From the NCBI RefSeq assembly GCF_902713615.1, contig NC_052164.1:77475830-77539829 (forward strand): a stretch of 64,000 bases of DNA, read 5' to 3'. Source of the DNA: Scyliorhinus canicula. Lineage: Eukaryota. The notes below the pieces were generated by a model that was given only the letters and a program-made list of their open reading frames with translations, made no database searches and was not told where the DNA came from. A program made the translations under genes and the position numbers. Shown in pieces: positions 25,577 to 38,790 of this stretch (position 1 is its first letter; each line of letters starts with the position of its first letter).

Positions 25577-26096
25577 GGGCGGGATTCTCCCATCCCGCAG
25601 CAGAGTTTCCACGGCGTCGTACACGTCATCGTGTTTTACGACGGCATGAACGGGCCGCTGCCAGGACTAATGGCGCTGGAGCGGTTCACGCTGCTCCAGC
25701 TGCCGATGCCGGCGCGGACTATGCCAACGAGGGCATGCGCAGTGGTGCTGGATTCCTTCAACACGCCGGCCCCAACGCAACATGGCGCAGGACTACAGGG
25801 GCCGGCGCGTAGGAAAGGCGGCCCCCAGCCACAGACGCCCCAGTCCCACCGGCCCAGAGCAGTTTAGAACGGCGCCAGCAGGACTCAGCTCTTCTCTTAC
25901 GGCCACTCTGCCCATTCTGGCCTGAGAATCGGCGGACCGGCCGAGTAGAGTGGCCTGCGACCGGTGCCGCGCCAACCCAGCCGGCACCAATGGCACCGAC
26001 CTTCTGCTCTGCGGAGAATCGCGTGCCAACATCGGGGCGGCGTGGCCCATTCATGGGGACTCTCCGGCCCGGCCCAGGGCTGGGAAAATCCCGCCC
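25577..26096. mobile_element. Harbinger-type MITE with CAG TSD
   Basis: CAG|GGGCGGGATTCTCCC ... GGGAAAATCCCGCCC|CAG. Confidence 0.8.
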
Positions 26097-26804
26097 CAGA
26101 GTTCTCGGGGGCAGGAGGTTATGGGATGTTCTCGGGTTTCAGGAGGAGGGGGGGGGGCAATGATCTTGATGTCGAGGGTAAGTTGATGGATGGTGGTGGG
26201 GAGGGGGGTGTGCAGGGCCTGAGCTCCCAGGTCCAAGAGGGTGTGAATCTGATTTATTTACTCGTCACTTAGTCCGGAAGAAAGTACTCTCGAACACGTT
26301 TGTACTTCAGAATATTCTTTATTACGATCGGGGCCGCTCTCTAGGTATTCCGGAGAACCACCTTGGAGAGTGCCAAAGTTTTGCTCAAAACATCCTTCTT
26401 TTATATGTATTGTTAGGGGACTGTCCCTTACATTCACTTGAGCTCGCCCCCATTACAAAGCGTAAATTTGTTATTGCAATAGTTCCAGTACATAATTTTA
26501 CAGACTTTGGGGTTATCTATTGGCACATGAGTATGTAGCAGTCTTAGCTTAATTAGCAGGTGTTAGCTATAGTTGCAAGTGGCTCCCACATTTCATATCC
26601 TGTCATCTGGCCATCTTCCTTGTTTCTCAAGGTTATTCGGCTTACAGTCATGAGTCGGCTCACGACTTCAAATATCAACTCCCTTATCTCAGCAAGTTCA
26701 TTATCCTTCAATAACAAGCTCCTCCACTTGTGATTTTCCACTAATGTATCCCATTCATTCTGGCTCTTAAGCTTTGCTTCACATCCTCAAGGGGAGGGTG
26801 CCAG

Positions 26805-27229
26805 CAGGGCCGGCTCAAGGCACCGGCAACTTGGGCAGTCGCCCGGGGCGCCATGTGCTAGGGGGCGCCAGACTCGGGTCCCGCGCATGCGCAGTTGGGC
26901 CGGTGCCAACCAGCGCATGCGCGGTGGCCGCCCTCCCCCAGGGCGGCCCCGCCCCGCCGCTCAGTCCGCTCCCCCCGCCCCCCCCTCGGTCGCCCCCCGC
27001 CCCCTCCTCGGGTCCGCCCCCCCCCTCGGGTCCGCCCCCCCCCGCCTTCGGGTCCGCCCCCCCCTCGGGTCCGCCCCCCCGCCCCCCCTCGGCCCCGCCC
27101 CTCCTCGGCCCCGCCCACCTCGGCCTCGGCCCCGCCCCTCCTCGGCCCCGCCCCCACCCTCGGCCCCCCCCCCCAAGGGCGCCGAAGTTCAGCTTGCCCG
27201 GGGCGCCAGCAACCCTAGGGCCGGCGCTG
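26805..27229. mobile_element. hAT-type MITE with 8-bp TSD
   Basis: GGTGCCAG|CAGGGCCGGC ... GCCGGCGCTG|GGTGCCAG, with internal C-rich tandem repeats. Confidence 0.85.
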
Positions 27230-28283
27230 GGTGCCAGATATCTGATAGGTCACTCTGATTGAGGCACTGAACCCGCCCCCCTCCCGAGATATCTAACTTT
27301 TTCAGCTTCCCATTCTTCTCCGACCTAAAGTGACTATAAGCCTTGCCCACTCTACCATAAACTTGTAACTAGGTTAGGGCGAGCGGGATTCCCTCCATAC
27401 AATTTGACATCCCCAACACCTCAGAACCCGCCAGGTGGGAGTGTAAAATTCTGGCCTTGGATATAGGAAACAAATTTGAAATTTATTCAGCAAGATGTAC
27501 ATAGGGAAGCAAAACATGATACTAACCAAGGCAGTACAAAGTGGTTCCTGTGAACGTTAGCTTATTATATTTTTGGAGTGGTTATTCACAAAATCACCTG
27601 CCAGAAACTTAGTGGAAGAAACAGGGATAAAAGAGGCGTAAACAGTATTTACATCTTTCTTTACAGGTTTGCAGGGCCTGCCAGTTTGAGCTGAGTTTAG
27701 GATAAATGAATAAGGGATACACATGGAAATCCATCCCTTATTCTCAATTTAATAGATGACCCTATTCTCTGGTGGTTAGGCAAACTAGCAAAAACAATAT
27801 CAAAAGCTACAATGATTGTGCAATTAGTCCATCCTGCTCAATATCTGCTTCATAAAGAGTGATCCTGGTGCACATGAAAAAGCTGTAGGTAATTAGAGTT
27901 AAGGTATAGATCAGCTGTGACTTAACTGAATGGCTTGAGGGGCTCAATAACTTACTCCTGTTCCACGCTCACTGATATGATAATGTCAGAAAACATCTTA
28001 CAACTTAGAAAAGAGCAAACCTCCTCATTAGAAGTGTTTGAAGGCTCTGGGCACTCTGAACAGTGATGGGAAGACATAGCTCAGTGATTCAAAAATAAAA
28101 TGGCCACTGAGTTAATGACAGGCTGCAAAATGCACACACAGTCTGAAGACACAGCTGTCGAGGGCAGCTTCCAGGATGGGGTGGACATTTTACAATGAAG
28201 CCAAACTGAGAATGCGACAACAGCACTTACAGGAAACACTGTGGGTCCCCCGTACAAATATCTAAACTAATTATAACTACTTT

Positions 28284-28709
28284 GGGCGCGATTCTCCGCA
28301 CTCACGACGGTGCGGAGAATAGCGTGGCTCGTAAAATTTTACGGCCACGCTGTTCCGACGCCCTCCCGCTATTCTCCCCCCCCCCCCAACGCCCGACTCC
28401 CGATACGAATCGCTGCCGCCGTTTTTTTACGGCCAGCAGCGATTCTCAGCTGATCGATGGGCCGAGTTCCCAGCCCTTTACGGCTGTTTTTACGAACGGC
28501 AAACACACCTGGTCTGGCCGTTCGTAAAAACGGCCGTAAACTCTCGATTTTTAAAACCATGGCACCGATTGGCACGGCAGTACCACGGCCTAGCCCCGAC
28601 CGGGGACCAGAATCGGTTCCCGGTCGGGAAGGGGGGGGGGGCTGGCGTCAAACCCGTCCGGATTTGACGCCAGCCTTACGATTTCTCCCCATATGGGAGA
28701 ATCACGCCC
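28284..28709. mobile_element. Harbinger-type MITE
   Basis: TTT|GGGCGCGATTCTCC ... GGAGAATCACGCCC|TTT. Confidence 0.8.
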
Positions 28710-29229
28710 TTTATTTTTGAAATAAGTCCACAGAGGCTAAACACCCTTCACCAGAATCCCTTTAATCAACAAGGCCAACAGCAGTACAACCATAGCAAGT
28801 GAATTCAGCTTGCTATCTACACTGGGAGTGCAGAGGATCTGACACTCTCTATTATATATAAAGACGAGGTTTCCTGATTGGCCCACTAATCAGGGAATTC
28901 GTATTCCAATTGTTCAATCTCAAAAACTTGGTCTAAGTTATTACAATTTAAACATTTGCCACTAAACTTGAACAAAGCTCCAGAAATAGCATCTTATTGT
29001 TAACGTTGCATTTGCAGAGTCCAAACAAGATATTGTTTCAGAGGTGGCAATGAAGGACTCAGTGAAACTAATTTGTTGCAGTCAAATCTATTAACAGGCA
29101 CTAAATCCAGTTATACTGGGTTAATTTAATCACTAGGAATAATCAACAGGTCCAAAAGTATTTGGTATCCTTGACTTAATGAAACGAGCATCAAAATTAT
29201 AAATCTTTGCACTTGTCCAGTCTCAGCAA

Positions 29230-29640
29230 AAGTATGCTGTAAAGTGCTCAATTCAGGGTGCCACACTTTAGGCAGGATATCCTAGGTTGAACACGTAACG
29301 CAGGAGATTTTCTCTGAGGGATGAGGAACTTCAGTTATGTGGAAAGACTAGAGAAGCTGGGATTGTTCTCTTTATAGCAGAGAAGCTTAACGAACATTTA
29401 ATACACTGTTACATGTGGCTTTTAATAGAGGTGATCGGGGAAAACATTTCATAATGACAGGAGGGTTCGTAATGGATAGACACAGAATAAGATAATTGCC
29501 AAAAGTGCTGGGGAATAGGTGAGAAAATTATTTTTACATGCCAAGCTGCTGTGATCTGGAATGCACTGCCAGAAAGAGTGACAATAATAAATTAAATAGC
29601 AATTTGGATAGAAACATGAAAATTAAATATTTGCAGGGTT
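29230..29640 (+). mobile_element. Decayed CR1 ORF2 3' fragment
   Basis: GTTATGTGGAAAGACTAGAGAAGCTGGGATTGTTCTC...GGAATGCACTGCCAGAAAG resembles the CR1 terminal coding region. Confidence 0.55.
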
Positions 29641-31404
29641 TGGGTAGAGGCAAAGGGCTGTTACTCATTGGCTAATTCTTTCAGGGGCACAGATGACTGA
29701 TCAATTGGACTCACGCACGTAGCCATGACCCGATGAAGATGAGAGGCCATTTAACTTTTTAAAGCAGATTAGGGACGATTTGCCTCGGCAAAATGGAGTC
29801 CAAGGTCAGGTGACTTATTTTCTGGTTTCTGTACAGACAGGGACAAGCTTCATGTCTGGACATGCCACTGGAATGGCATTAAAATATAAATGTTCTTTTG
29901 GGAGAATCTTCCATTGAAGAGACATCAGAAAGCAACAGATCACTTGTGGAATTAACAGTTATTGTTTTCTGGATGTTTACAGAAACTCAAATACGATCGG
30001 TGCCCCAGATGATTATATCTGCAAACTTGAAATCTAACGAAGAATGGAGTGGAGGAACTACTTTATCTCAAATATATGATTATTCATTCCCATAGTCAGA
30101 CATTGGGTTATATCATCAAATAATTTGTGTAGATAATGGGAGTATTGAATTATTGGGGTCAGGGAGAAAACTCTCCAGTGATGGAGTCATTGGCTGGTAT
30201 GAAGGCAGATGGCTGAAGTTGTTAGAGGCTGATCCATAACAAGAAACATTCATGTTTTGCAAGTGGCAGGCTTCCGGGATCTACCAGGCTCACCGAGGAG
30301 ATCCCAACCGGGCGCTATTCAGCACTTGTCCCCACAAACGGGGACCAGCGGAATGGCGCTTTGTGAGGGACCCCCAGGTGATTGGAGGGCCTTGGGTTAG
30401 TTGGCCTCTGGGCCGGGTGGCACCCTTGGCTGCTGACGCCACCCGGGGGTAATAACCTGCATGTGACATGCATGAGGTTCATCCAGTTGGGGATGATTGT
30501 TCCCTTGCCCTGATTGGACTGGGAATTAACCAGCATTTGTATAATATGTCAGCCTCTGTATTAGTTGAGGAAAAAGGAGTAAGAACCCGGAAATGTGTAA
30601 CTAGGTCCTATGTATGTGCCACTAAAAAGCTGAATATACTTCACCCTGTGAACTTGCAGGACTTCCCTTGTCATTACTATACCGGGCAACTTGGCAGTGC
30701 CAGTCTGTCAGTGCCACCTGGGCACATTGGCAGTGCCACCCAGGTGCCAGCTTGACATTGCCAGAGTGCCCAGGTGGCACTGCCAGAGTGCCCAGTGGCA
30801 GTGCCAGGTTGCCAATCTCGCATTTTACCGGTGTCGCAGATCGGGCCTGGTGGTGACCTGCCTGTATGACATGTTGTGCACGGGGCTCGAAGACCCCCAA
30901 CAGGTGAGTTGGGGTATTGTGGGGGGGTTATGGGTGTCACGTCAGAGGGTCGGGAAAAGTGGGCACCATTTTTAAAAATAAATTTAGAGTCCTCAATTAT
31001 TTTTTTCCAATTACGGGGCAATTTGGCTTGGTCAATCCACCTACCCTGTGCATCTTTTGGGTTGTGATGGTGAGACCCAAACAGGACAGGGCGCCATTCT
31101 TAAATGGCACCAGATCTTTTCCTGATCGTCGGAGCTACGCCATACAGGAAATACAGCTGACGCAGCTTTGGTGGGGCGTTCTTCGTTGAGGCCTGAAAAA
31201 AACCCACAGCGCTATTAGATAGCAGGATCGCAATGGCCTGAAGAAAAGCAGAGTGCTGATAGACAGCAGGGTCACTCCTGATGCTTGTAGCGCCAGGAAA
31301 GACTCCTCGATTCCCCAAAAAACGGATTCAGGTTCCTTTTCGTTAGATCCTTCCCTATAACTCCCATCATTTGGCATTTAGTGGTATTATTATCATTGAA
31401 TTCC

Positions 31405-31743
31405 TCATAGAATTTACAGTGCAGAAGGAGGCCATTCAGCCCATCAAGTCTCCACCAGCCCTTGAAAAGAGCACCCTACTTAAGCCCACGACTCCACCCT
31501 ATTCCCGTAACCCAGTAACCCCACCTAACCTTTTTGGACACTAAGGGCAATTTATCATGGCCAATCCATCTAACCTGCACATCTTTTGACTGTGGGAGGA
31601 AACCAGAGCACCCGGAGGAAACTCACGCACTCTAGGGGAGAATGTGCAGACTCCGCACAGGCAGTGACTCAAGCCGGGAATCAAAACTGGGACCCTGGAG
31701 CTGTGAAGCAACTGTGCTAACTACTGGGCTACCATGCTGCCCA
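31405..31743 (-). mobile_element. V-SINE, full length
   Basis: Colinear with 2911-3255. Confidence 0.85.
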
Positions 31744-32189
31744 TGATCAATATCCTCAGGATACCATTCATCTCAAATAGTCCAACCAGATAAATGCAAT
31801 GTTCTTAGAGCATTGTTGAAAATGTGCTGTCAATTTCCAGCTCAGCACTTCAAAATCACTCAAGCATGAAGGAGTCTGATTGGAATGCACTTAACTCTCT
31901 TTGATGTGGTTGATGTTTGTAAACATTGTAGTGTCAACACTTAGAATTACTCATCCATGAAAAAGATGGATGAAGCAAGGCTTACAGCTGTTTTGTGAAA
32001 GCTGTCAAACACAGCCCATCACCCAAAATGAAGGAATGGCTTGCAGCTCAAGGATCTGAGGGGTTTAAACACAGGTCACAGCTGTTCTCTTTCCAGCAAT
32101 GGACACGGATGCTTCCAGGTGAATGTTAAAACTGTACCTTTTTTCAATGCCTCTGCCTGGATTGCTCTTTAGCTTCCAGAGAGGGGTCT

Positions 32190-33365
32190 GTTTTCTGGGG
32201 AGGTTTGTGGAGGGTCCCTATAGTTAGGGGGGTCTCTGTGGGTGGTCCCTTTACTTAGGGGATCACTTTAGTTAGGGGGTCTGTGAGTGAAAGAGCCCCT
32301 TTAGTTAGGGGGATCCCTGTGGGCCCCCTTTTGTTCGGGGTATCTGGGGTGTTCCCTTTCGTTAGCAGGCCTCTGGGGAGTCTCTTTAGTTAAGGGGTCC
32401 CTGCAGTAGGGAGTCCATGGGGAGGTCTACCTATTTAGGGGATCCCTGTGGGCGGGGGGGGTCTACCTATTTAGGGGTTCACTGAGGGGGTATCACTTTT
32501 TAGGGGATCTCTGTGGAGGGTCTCCCTATTTAGGGGGCCCTGAGGGAGCTCGCTTTAGTTAGGGGTCCCTGGGGGGGTGTCTTTTTAGTTTGCGAGTCTC
32601 TGGAGGTGTTCCTTCAGTTCGGAGGTTCTAGGAGAATCTCCCCATTTGTGGGGCTCCTGTGGGACATCTCTCTATTTAGGGGCTCTCTATGGAGGTGTCT
32701 TCCTACTAAGGTGGTCCCTATGGGGGACCCTTTATTTAGGGGTCCCTGGAGGGTCCATTTATTTTGGGGGTCCTGTGGGGATCTCCCTATTTCAGTGGTC
32801 CCTCTGGGGGGGGTTTCCCTATTTAGGGGGTCTCTGAAGGGATCTCCTATTTAATGGGTCCCGATGAGGTGTCCCTCTAGTTAGGGGGTCTCTGGGGTGG
32901 TCCTTTCAGTTAGGGGATCCCTGTGGGAGACTCCCTATTTAGGTGGTCTCTGTAGGGGCATCTCCCTGTTTAGGAAATCCTGGGGATGCCCTTATTTAGG
33001 AGGACTCTGTGGAGTGTTCGCCCTATTTATGGGGTCCTGTGAGGTCTCCCTATTTAGATGGTCTCTGTGGGGGTCTGTCCCTATTTAGGTGGTCCCTGTG
33101 TGGGTCTCCCTATCAAGATTGTCCCTATGGGGGGCCTCACTTTTTAATTGGTTGCCTGTAGGGGGGGTTCCCTAATTAGAGGGTCCTTTTGGGAGGTCAC
33201 CCTATTTGGGGGTCTCTGTGATGGGTCCCTTTACTTAGGGGTCTCTGGGGAACCCTTTTGTTTGGGGGTCTCATGGGGGGGGTCCCTTTAGTTAGGGAGT
33301 TCCTATCGGGGGGGGGTCTGCTATTTAAGGGGTGCTGTGGGAGAGTCTCCCTATTTAGGGGATCC
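32190..33365. repeat. Degenerate tandem array, unit about 30-35 bp
   Basis: Recurrent CCCTATTTAGGGG(G)TCTCTGTGGG motif, with strong G/T-rich strand bias. Confidence 0.85.
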
Positions 33366-33999
33366 CTGAATACCTGAATAAATGTGCATGGCGAGGGATA
33401 CTGAATTTTTGCTCCGCGAGAACTTTGTCTCCCAAACGGAGACCCATTTCAAATTAATTGCAGCGAAGTACCAGCCTATGGAAATGCTACTTGCATTATT
33501 GGTCAATAAAACAGTTTCCTAGTTGTGGTAAACCTGGCACGGCCTGTATTTTAGGGCCGATCAAATTGAACATTTTAAATTAAGAATTGGACATTTTAAA
33601 TCAAACTGCATTCAACCTCAGGCAGGTGATGTGAATTTAGACTTGACCAAAGTCAAATACACAACACACAGACAAACTGCCAGGACATGTCTAGACCTGC
33701 CCTGTCAATCACCCATTAGGAGACAATCAGCTCCAATCAGCTACATCGATTTGTTTTGGGTTGCCAAGATCGAGCCAGACTTTCTGGAACTAAGATTTCC
33801 TGTTGTTACCTTATATGGCAACAGATTACATACACGCAACACCACCAAAGATGAATACCTGGATGGGCGCAGACCCCGGTGTCCTGTCAAGTGGTCATTA
33901 TCTAATCCATTGGATGTTGGGACCCCCTCCTGACTAGGATCAGGCCTCATTAGCTGAATGCCAGTAAAGTTTCTGAAAAGGCAAGGGGAGGGGTATAAG

Positions 34000-35270
34000 A
34001 ATTATAAGCATCACTCTACGAGCCCAGTGGTAGCAGCCACTCTCTGGACATGGAACTAACTAAGACAACACGTTGGTCTGACCAAAATGTCCACTAGAAA
34101 TGTCTGTAACGATTGTAGGTTCATGCCAGATAAAACGGAGGCCACCTTCAAAAGAAGGAGACAGGACAGGGGGACACTGGCAATGAGGGACTTCTACATG
34201 GACAACAGATTGACAATGTTCGAAGAATGAAGGTGAGGCTCTAACTGAACAGGGGGAACGGGTTACATGTAGGTCAAAAAAGTCCTCTGTAAGAAAACAA
34301 AGACAAATCTACAGGCACCAGAACAATCAATATTAGAACTGTTAGACACAGGGAACTTAGCAGGGGAAAACTGCTGGGACTTTTAAGGATACTGTTGAGA
34401 AAAGCACAACCCCACTGGATGAGACAAGCAAAAGATAAGAGGAAGAGCTGGGTATTGAAATAGGGTGGGGACTCTGTAGGGAAGCACTGAACAGGGTCAA
34501 CTCCACTTCCACATGCACAAGGTTAAGCCTAATGCAGCGGAAAGTGGTACAAAGAGCCCACTTAACCAGAATCAGAATGATCAGGTTCTTTCCGCAGGTG
34601 GAGGACAAATGTGAATGGTGCCAAGGAGGCCCGGCCAACTACACTCACATGTTCTGGGCATGCCCCAGACTTGTTGGGTTATGGACAGTCTTCTTCTCGG
34701 GTGGTGAGGGTGGAGCAGTGCCCAAAGGTGGCAGTCTTCGGGGTATCAGACCAGCCAGAACTCTTTATGGGGAGTAGGACCGACACCTTACATTTTGCCT
34801 CCCTAATTGCCCGCCGAAGAATCCTGCTCAGCTGGCGATCAGCAGCACCACCTACAGCTGCAGATTGGCTGGCCGACCTCTCGGACTTTCTCCAACTGGA
34901 GAAAATCAAATTCACCATCCGGGGGTTGGAAGAGGGCTTCACACGCTGTAGAGGCCATTCACCAACTTGCTCCAGGACCTGTTCGTAGCAAACAGCCAAT
35001 AGGGCAAAGAGGAGGTGGGGTTCCACAGACGGACCACAAACATCAATGAAATGGGAGGGGGTGGAAAGAATAGGGAGGCACATACGCTGACCACACCCTA
35101 ACCACCCCCATTCTCCCCCCCCCTCCCCCCCCCCCCCCCCCCCCCCCCCCCAGCCCCCGGACCAAAAGTTTGTAAATACAGGCAGCTGAATAGGAGTAAC
35201 CTACCACAATGTAATATATGTGTCCCTCTATGACCCTACTATGTACGATATTGGAAAACCAATAAAGAAA
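34000..35270 (+). mobile_element. L1 3' fragment (decayed)
   Basis: KVVQRAHLTRIRMIRFFPQVEDKCEWCQGGPANYTHMFWACP and FASLIARRRILLSWRS match the C-terminus of the 5785 L1. Ends at AATAAA. Confidence 0.85.
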
Positions 35271-35699
35271 GTACACTGGGCTAGATTGTCATAAAAGGGG
35301 GCTATGTCCCCAGGTCAGTGTAAAAATGCAAACGTTTCACTCCCGAGTTTCCAATAAAGAAGAACAGTCGATTTACTCATCTGCAGGGGGCTAGCAGGAA
35401 CCCAAAGTAACAGTTTTAGCTGCCGATATGGACCCCTGCACATCTAGTTTGGAGTCCGCCCATGGGCACGGTGGCAGCCTCCAGCGGCCGCGGCGAGTGC
35501 CATGGCAGACTCGGACCGCGGAGGCAGCTTCGAAAGGCAGCCCCCCCCCCCCCCCCCCCCCCGATCGTCCGCGCGCCTGAAGATCCGTCCAGATCGAACT
35601 CTCCCCCGGCCGCCCCGGTGCCCGATCACCCCGCCCCCACCAGGGTGGCCGCGGACTGAGAATATTGTTGTTGTTGAATAAAATTGGTTTGACTTTATG

Positions 35700-36945
35700 A
35701 ATGAATGGATGGATTTGTTTATTGTCACATGCACCGAGGTACAGTGAAAAGTATTTTTCTGCGAGGAGCTCAACAGTTTATTAAGTACATGGGAAGAAAA
35801 GGGAATAAAAGAAAATACATAATTGGGCAACACAAGGTACACAATGTAGCTACATAAGCACTGGCATCGGATGAAGCATACAGGGTGTAGTGTTAATGAG
35901 GTCAGTCCATAAGAGGTCATTTCGGAGTCTGGTAACAGCGGGGAAGAAACTGTTTTTGAGTCTGTTTGTGCGTGTATCTCCTGCCCGATGGAAGAGGTTG
36001 GAAGAGTGAGTAAGCCGGGTGGGAGTGGTCTTTGATTATTCAGCCCACTTTCCCCAGGCAGTGGGAGGTGTAGATGGAGTCAATGGATGGGAGGCAGGTT
36101 CGTGTGATGGACTGGCCGGTGTTCACGACTCTCTGAAGTTTCTTGCGGTCCTGGGCCGAGCAGTTGCCATACCAAGCTGTGATACAGCCAGATAGGATGC
36201 TTTCTAAGGTGCATCTGTAAAAGTTGGTAAGGGTTAATGTGGACATGCTGCATTTCCTTAGTTTCCTGAGGAAGTATAGGCAGTTGTGCTTTCTTGGTGG
36301 TAGCGTCGACCGTGGGTGGACCAGGACAGATCTTTGGAGATGTGCACCCTTTGGAATTTGAAACTGCTAACCATCTCCACCTCGGCCCCGTTGATGCTGG
36401 CAGGGGTGTGTACAGTACTTTGCTTCCTGAAGTGAATGACCAGTTCTTTAGTTTTGCTGGCATTGAGGGAGAGATTGTTGTCGCTGCACCACTCCACTAG
36501 GTGCTCTATCTCCCTCCTGTATTTTGACTCGTCGTCATTCGAGATCCGGCCCACTATGGTCGTATCATTAGCAAACTTGTAGATGGAGTTGGAACCAAAT
36601 TTTGCCACACAGTCGTGTGTACAGGGCGTAGAGTCGGGGGCTAAGTACGCAGCCTTGCGGTGCCCCGGTATTGAGGACTATTGTGGAGGAGGTGTTGTTC
36701 ATTCTTACTGATTGTGGTCTGTTGGTCAGAAAATTGAGGATCCAGTTGCAGAGTGGGGAGCCAAGTCCTAGGTTTTGGAGCTTCGGTATGAGCTTGGCTG
36801 GGATTATGGTGTTGAAGGCGGAGCTGTAGTCAATAAATAGGAGTCTGATTTAGGAGTCGAGATGCTCTAGGGATGAGTGTAGGGCCAGGGAAATAGCATC
36901 TGCTGTGGACCGGTTGCGACGGTATGCAAACTGCAGTGGATCAAG
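35700..36945 (-). mobile_element. Rex1/Babar-clade LINE 3' fragment
   Basis: [37 protein letters not shown] and LTNFYRCTLESILSGCITAWYGNCSAQDRKKLQRVV. A matching tail lies in + orientation at about 47770-47870. Confidence 0.85.
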
Positions 36946-37059
36946 GTACTTGTTTTGTCCTTTGTTCTCCTCGCTAATAAAGTCATCTGGGCAAAACTTT
37001 TGATTAATATACTGGTTGAAGTAGATAAGATTTTACAAATACAACATAGTTAATTACGG

Positions 37060-37255
37060 GTGACATGGTGATGAAGTGGTTAGCACTGAGTTGCCTCTCG
37101 GCACTGAGGACCCAGGTTTGATCCCTGCCCCGGGTCACTGTCCATGTGGAGTTTGCACATTCCTGTGCCTGCGTGGGTCTCACCCCACAATCCAAAGATG
37201 TGCAGGTTAGGTGGATTGGCAGTGCTAAATTGCCCCTTAATTGGAACATTTAAAA
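37060..37255 (+). mobile_element. V-SINE, short form, about 300 bp upstream of the leader exon
   Basis: GGGTGACATGGTGATGAAGTGGTTAGCAC head plus the SINE core. Confidence 0.75.
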
Positions 37256-37563
37256 AAAACATAGTTAATTACATATATGTTTTGCTCAAAATATGTGGTT
37301 TCTGTGGTAAACGCCTTTAATGTTTCCATCACGCCATGGGTCAATTTGATGACTTGCTTGGTCAAAAAAAAACAGGTTTCCTTTCGAATCTCACCAAGTT
37401 TAGATAATGAAAGCAATTGGGTCTGTTTAAATACCATGGCTTGTCCCTTTCGCAGGAGTTGAATAATAGAGAAGATGACCTTATGTACAAACTAGGCACG
37501 AAAGCAGGATTTTAGCTCAATAAAGCACAATATCTGAAGGGAATGAACATTAAACCAGGAAGT

Positions 37564-37612
37564 ATGTTGGTGCAACTGAGTCTACTCCTACTTACAGGGT
37601 CAAGTGTAGCAG
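37564..37612 (+). CDS. Exon 1 (signal peptide) of an IgSF receptor gene
   Basis: ATG TTG GTG CAA CTG AGT CTA CTC CTA CTT ACA GGG TCA AGT GTA GCA G|GTACGT encodes MLVQLSLLLLTGSSVA, a hydrophobic leader ending at a phase-1 GT donor. It splices in frame to the V exon. A second in-frame ATG lies at 37543. Confidence 0.8.
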
Positions 37613-38567
37613 GTACGTGAACTGATTTAAGTCATGCAATATTGAATGCAAGAATTGAATTTACTTGCTCCAGAATTATGTCTGGTATTGTAGCTGGCTG
37701 TTACCCAGTGCAAGAATATTCTCAAGTATTTGAAGGATTGATCAGCAACAGTGATCCGAACCAACACCATCCAAATAAAATTTGTGCTGTTAAAATAATT
37801 TGAATATACATTAATACAGAAATGCCCTTAATTGGTTACTATTTCACTAAATACAGCGATCGAACATTCTTTCGGTAAATACTGATTGTCCTAAACCTAT
37901 GCAAGGAGTATTTCAGTATCTGTTGATTGAGAGGATTAAATACTGGTGTTTGGAGTGTTTTTGTACAACAGTACATGTGTGCTGCTATAGCAGGTTATTA
38001 TTCACCAAACACAATTTGTTATTACAATGTTATCATTTGTTTTATTATTGCGTAAATGCTGCGAGATTGAGATAACGTTCTGTGTTTAACATTCGGGTAA
38101 TCCTCTGTTATGGGTCAATGCATCTGTTGGGCTGGTAATGGATTTTATTCCAACATGTGTCCCAGTCACTGGATGGTGAAACATTTACTCGCACATTGCC
38201 TCTCTCTTCCTCTATACAACATAAACTACTTCAGAGCAACCCAATATGTCAAGAAGATTACTTTTCCTATATTAATGATTCTACCTTTTACAACTAACAC
38301 AAGGCACTGTAAACAAGAATATTTTATCACAATCGGATAAGTAAGTGCAAGTCAATAAACCAGGGGATTACCATTATTTTAGTATTGTGAAATCCATCAA
38401 ATGTGTTTGATGCTTTCGAAGCAATTTACTTTGTCGCCTGATTACTTTCTGGCTTTGGAGAAAAATTGGAACTGGGTGAATGTTACACAGTTATAATTTC
38501 ACAATAAATAGGAAATATTCTTCATTATTTGTAGATCAGTCCGACTGAATTTAAGATTACATTCAAC

Positions 38568-38790
38568 AGGGCAGCACGGTGGCGCAGTGGTTAGCCCTGC
38601 TGCCTCACAGCGCCGAGGTCCCAGGTCTGATCCCGGCTCTGGGTCACTGCCCGTGTGGAGTTTGCACAGCCTCCCCGTGTCTGCGTGGGTTTCATGCCCA
38701 CAACCCAAAGATGTGCAGGGTAGGTGGATTGGCCACGCTAAGTTGCCCCTCAATTGGAAAAAATTAATTGGGTACTCTAAATTTTGAAAA
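38568..38790 (+). mobile_element. V-SINE in intron 1
   Basis: GGGCAGCACGGTGGCGCAGTGGTTAGC head plus the SINE core. Confidence 0.85.

Noticed and set aside
26774-27262. Proline/glycine-rich ORFs on both strands
   Set aside because: These are translation artefacts of the C-rich minisatellite inside a TSD-flanked hAT MITE.
27480-30250. Additional host exons in the AT-rich stretch (e.g. the acceptor-like TCTTTCTTTACAG near 27666)
   Set aside because: All frames close within a few codons, and no Ig or other motif is present.
32190-33365. CRISPR-like array (palindromic repeats with variable intervening sequence)
   Set aside because: The 'spacers' are degenerate versions of one another, the repeats are not identical, there are no cas genes, and the context is vertebrate.
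35285-35660. CpG-rich patch as the receptor's CpG-island promoter
   Set aside because: It is wedged between L1 and Rex1 fragments and preceded by LTR-like signals (ATAAAAGGGGG, AATAAA, ...GTAACA). It is more likely a TE fragment, but remains unresolved.
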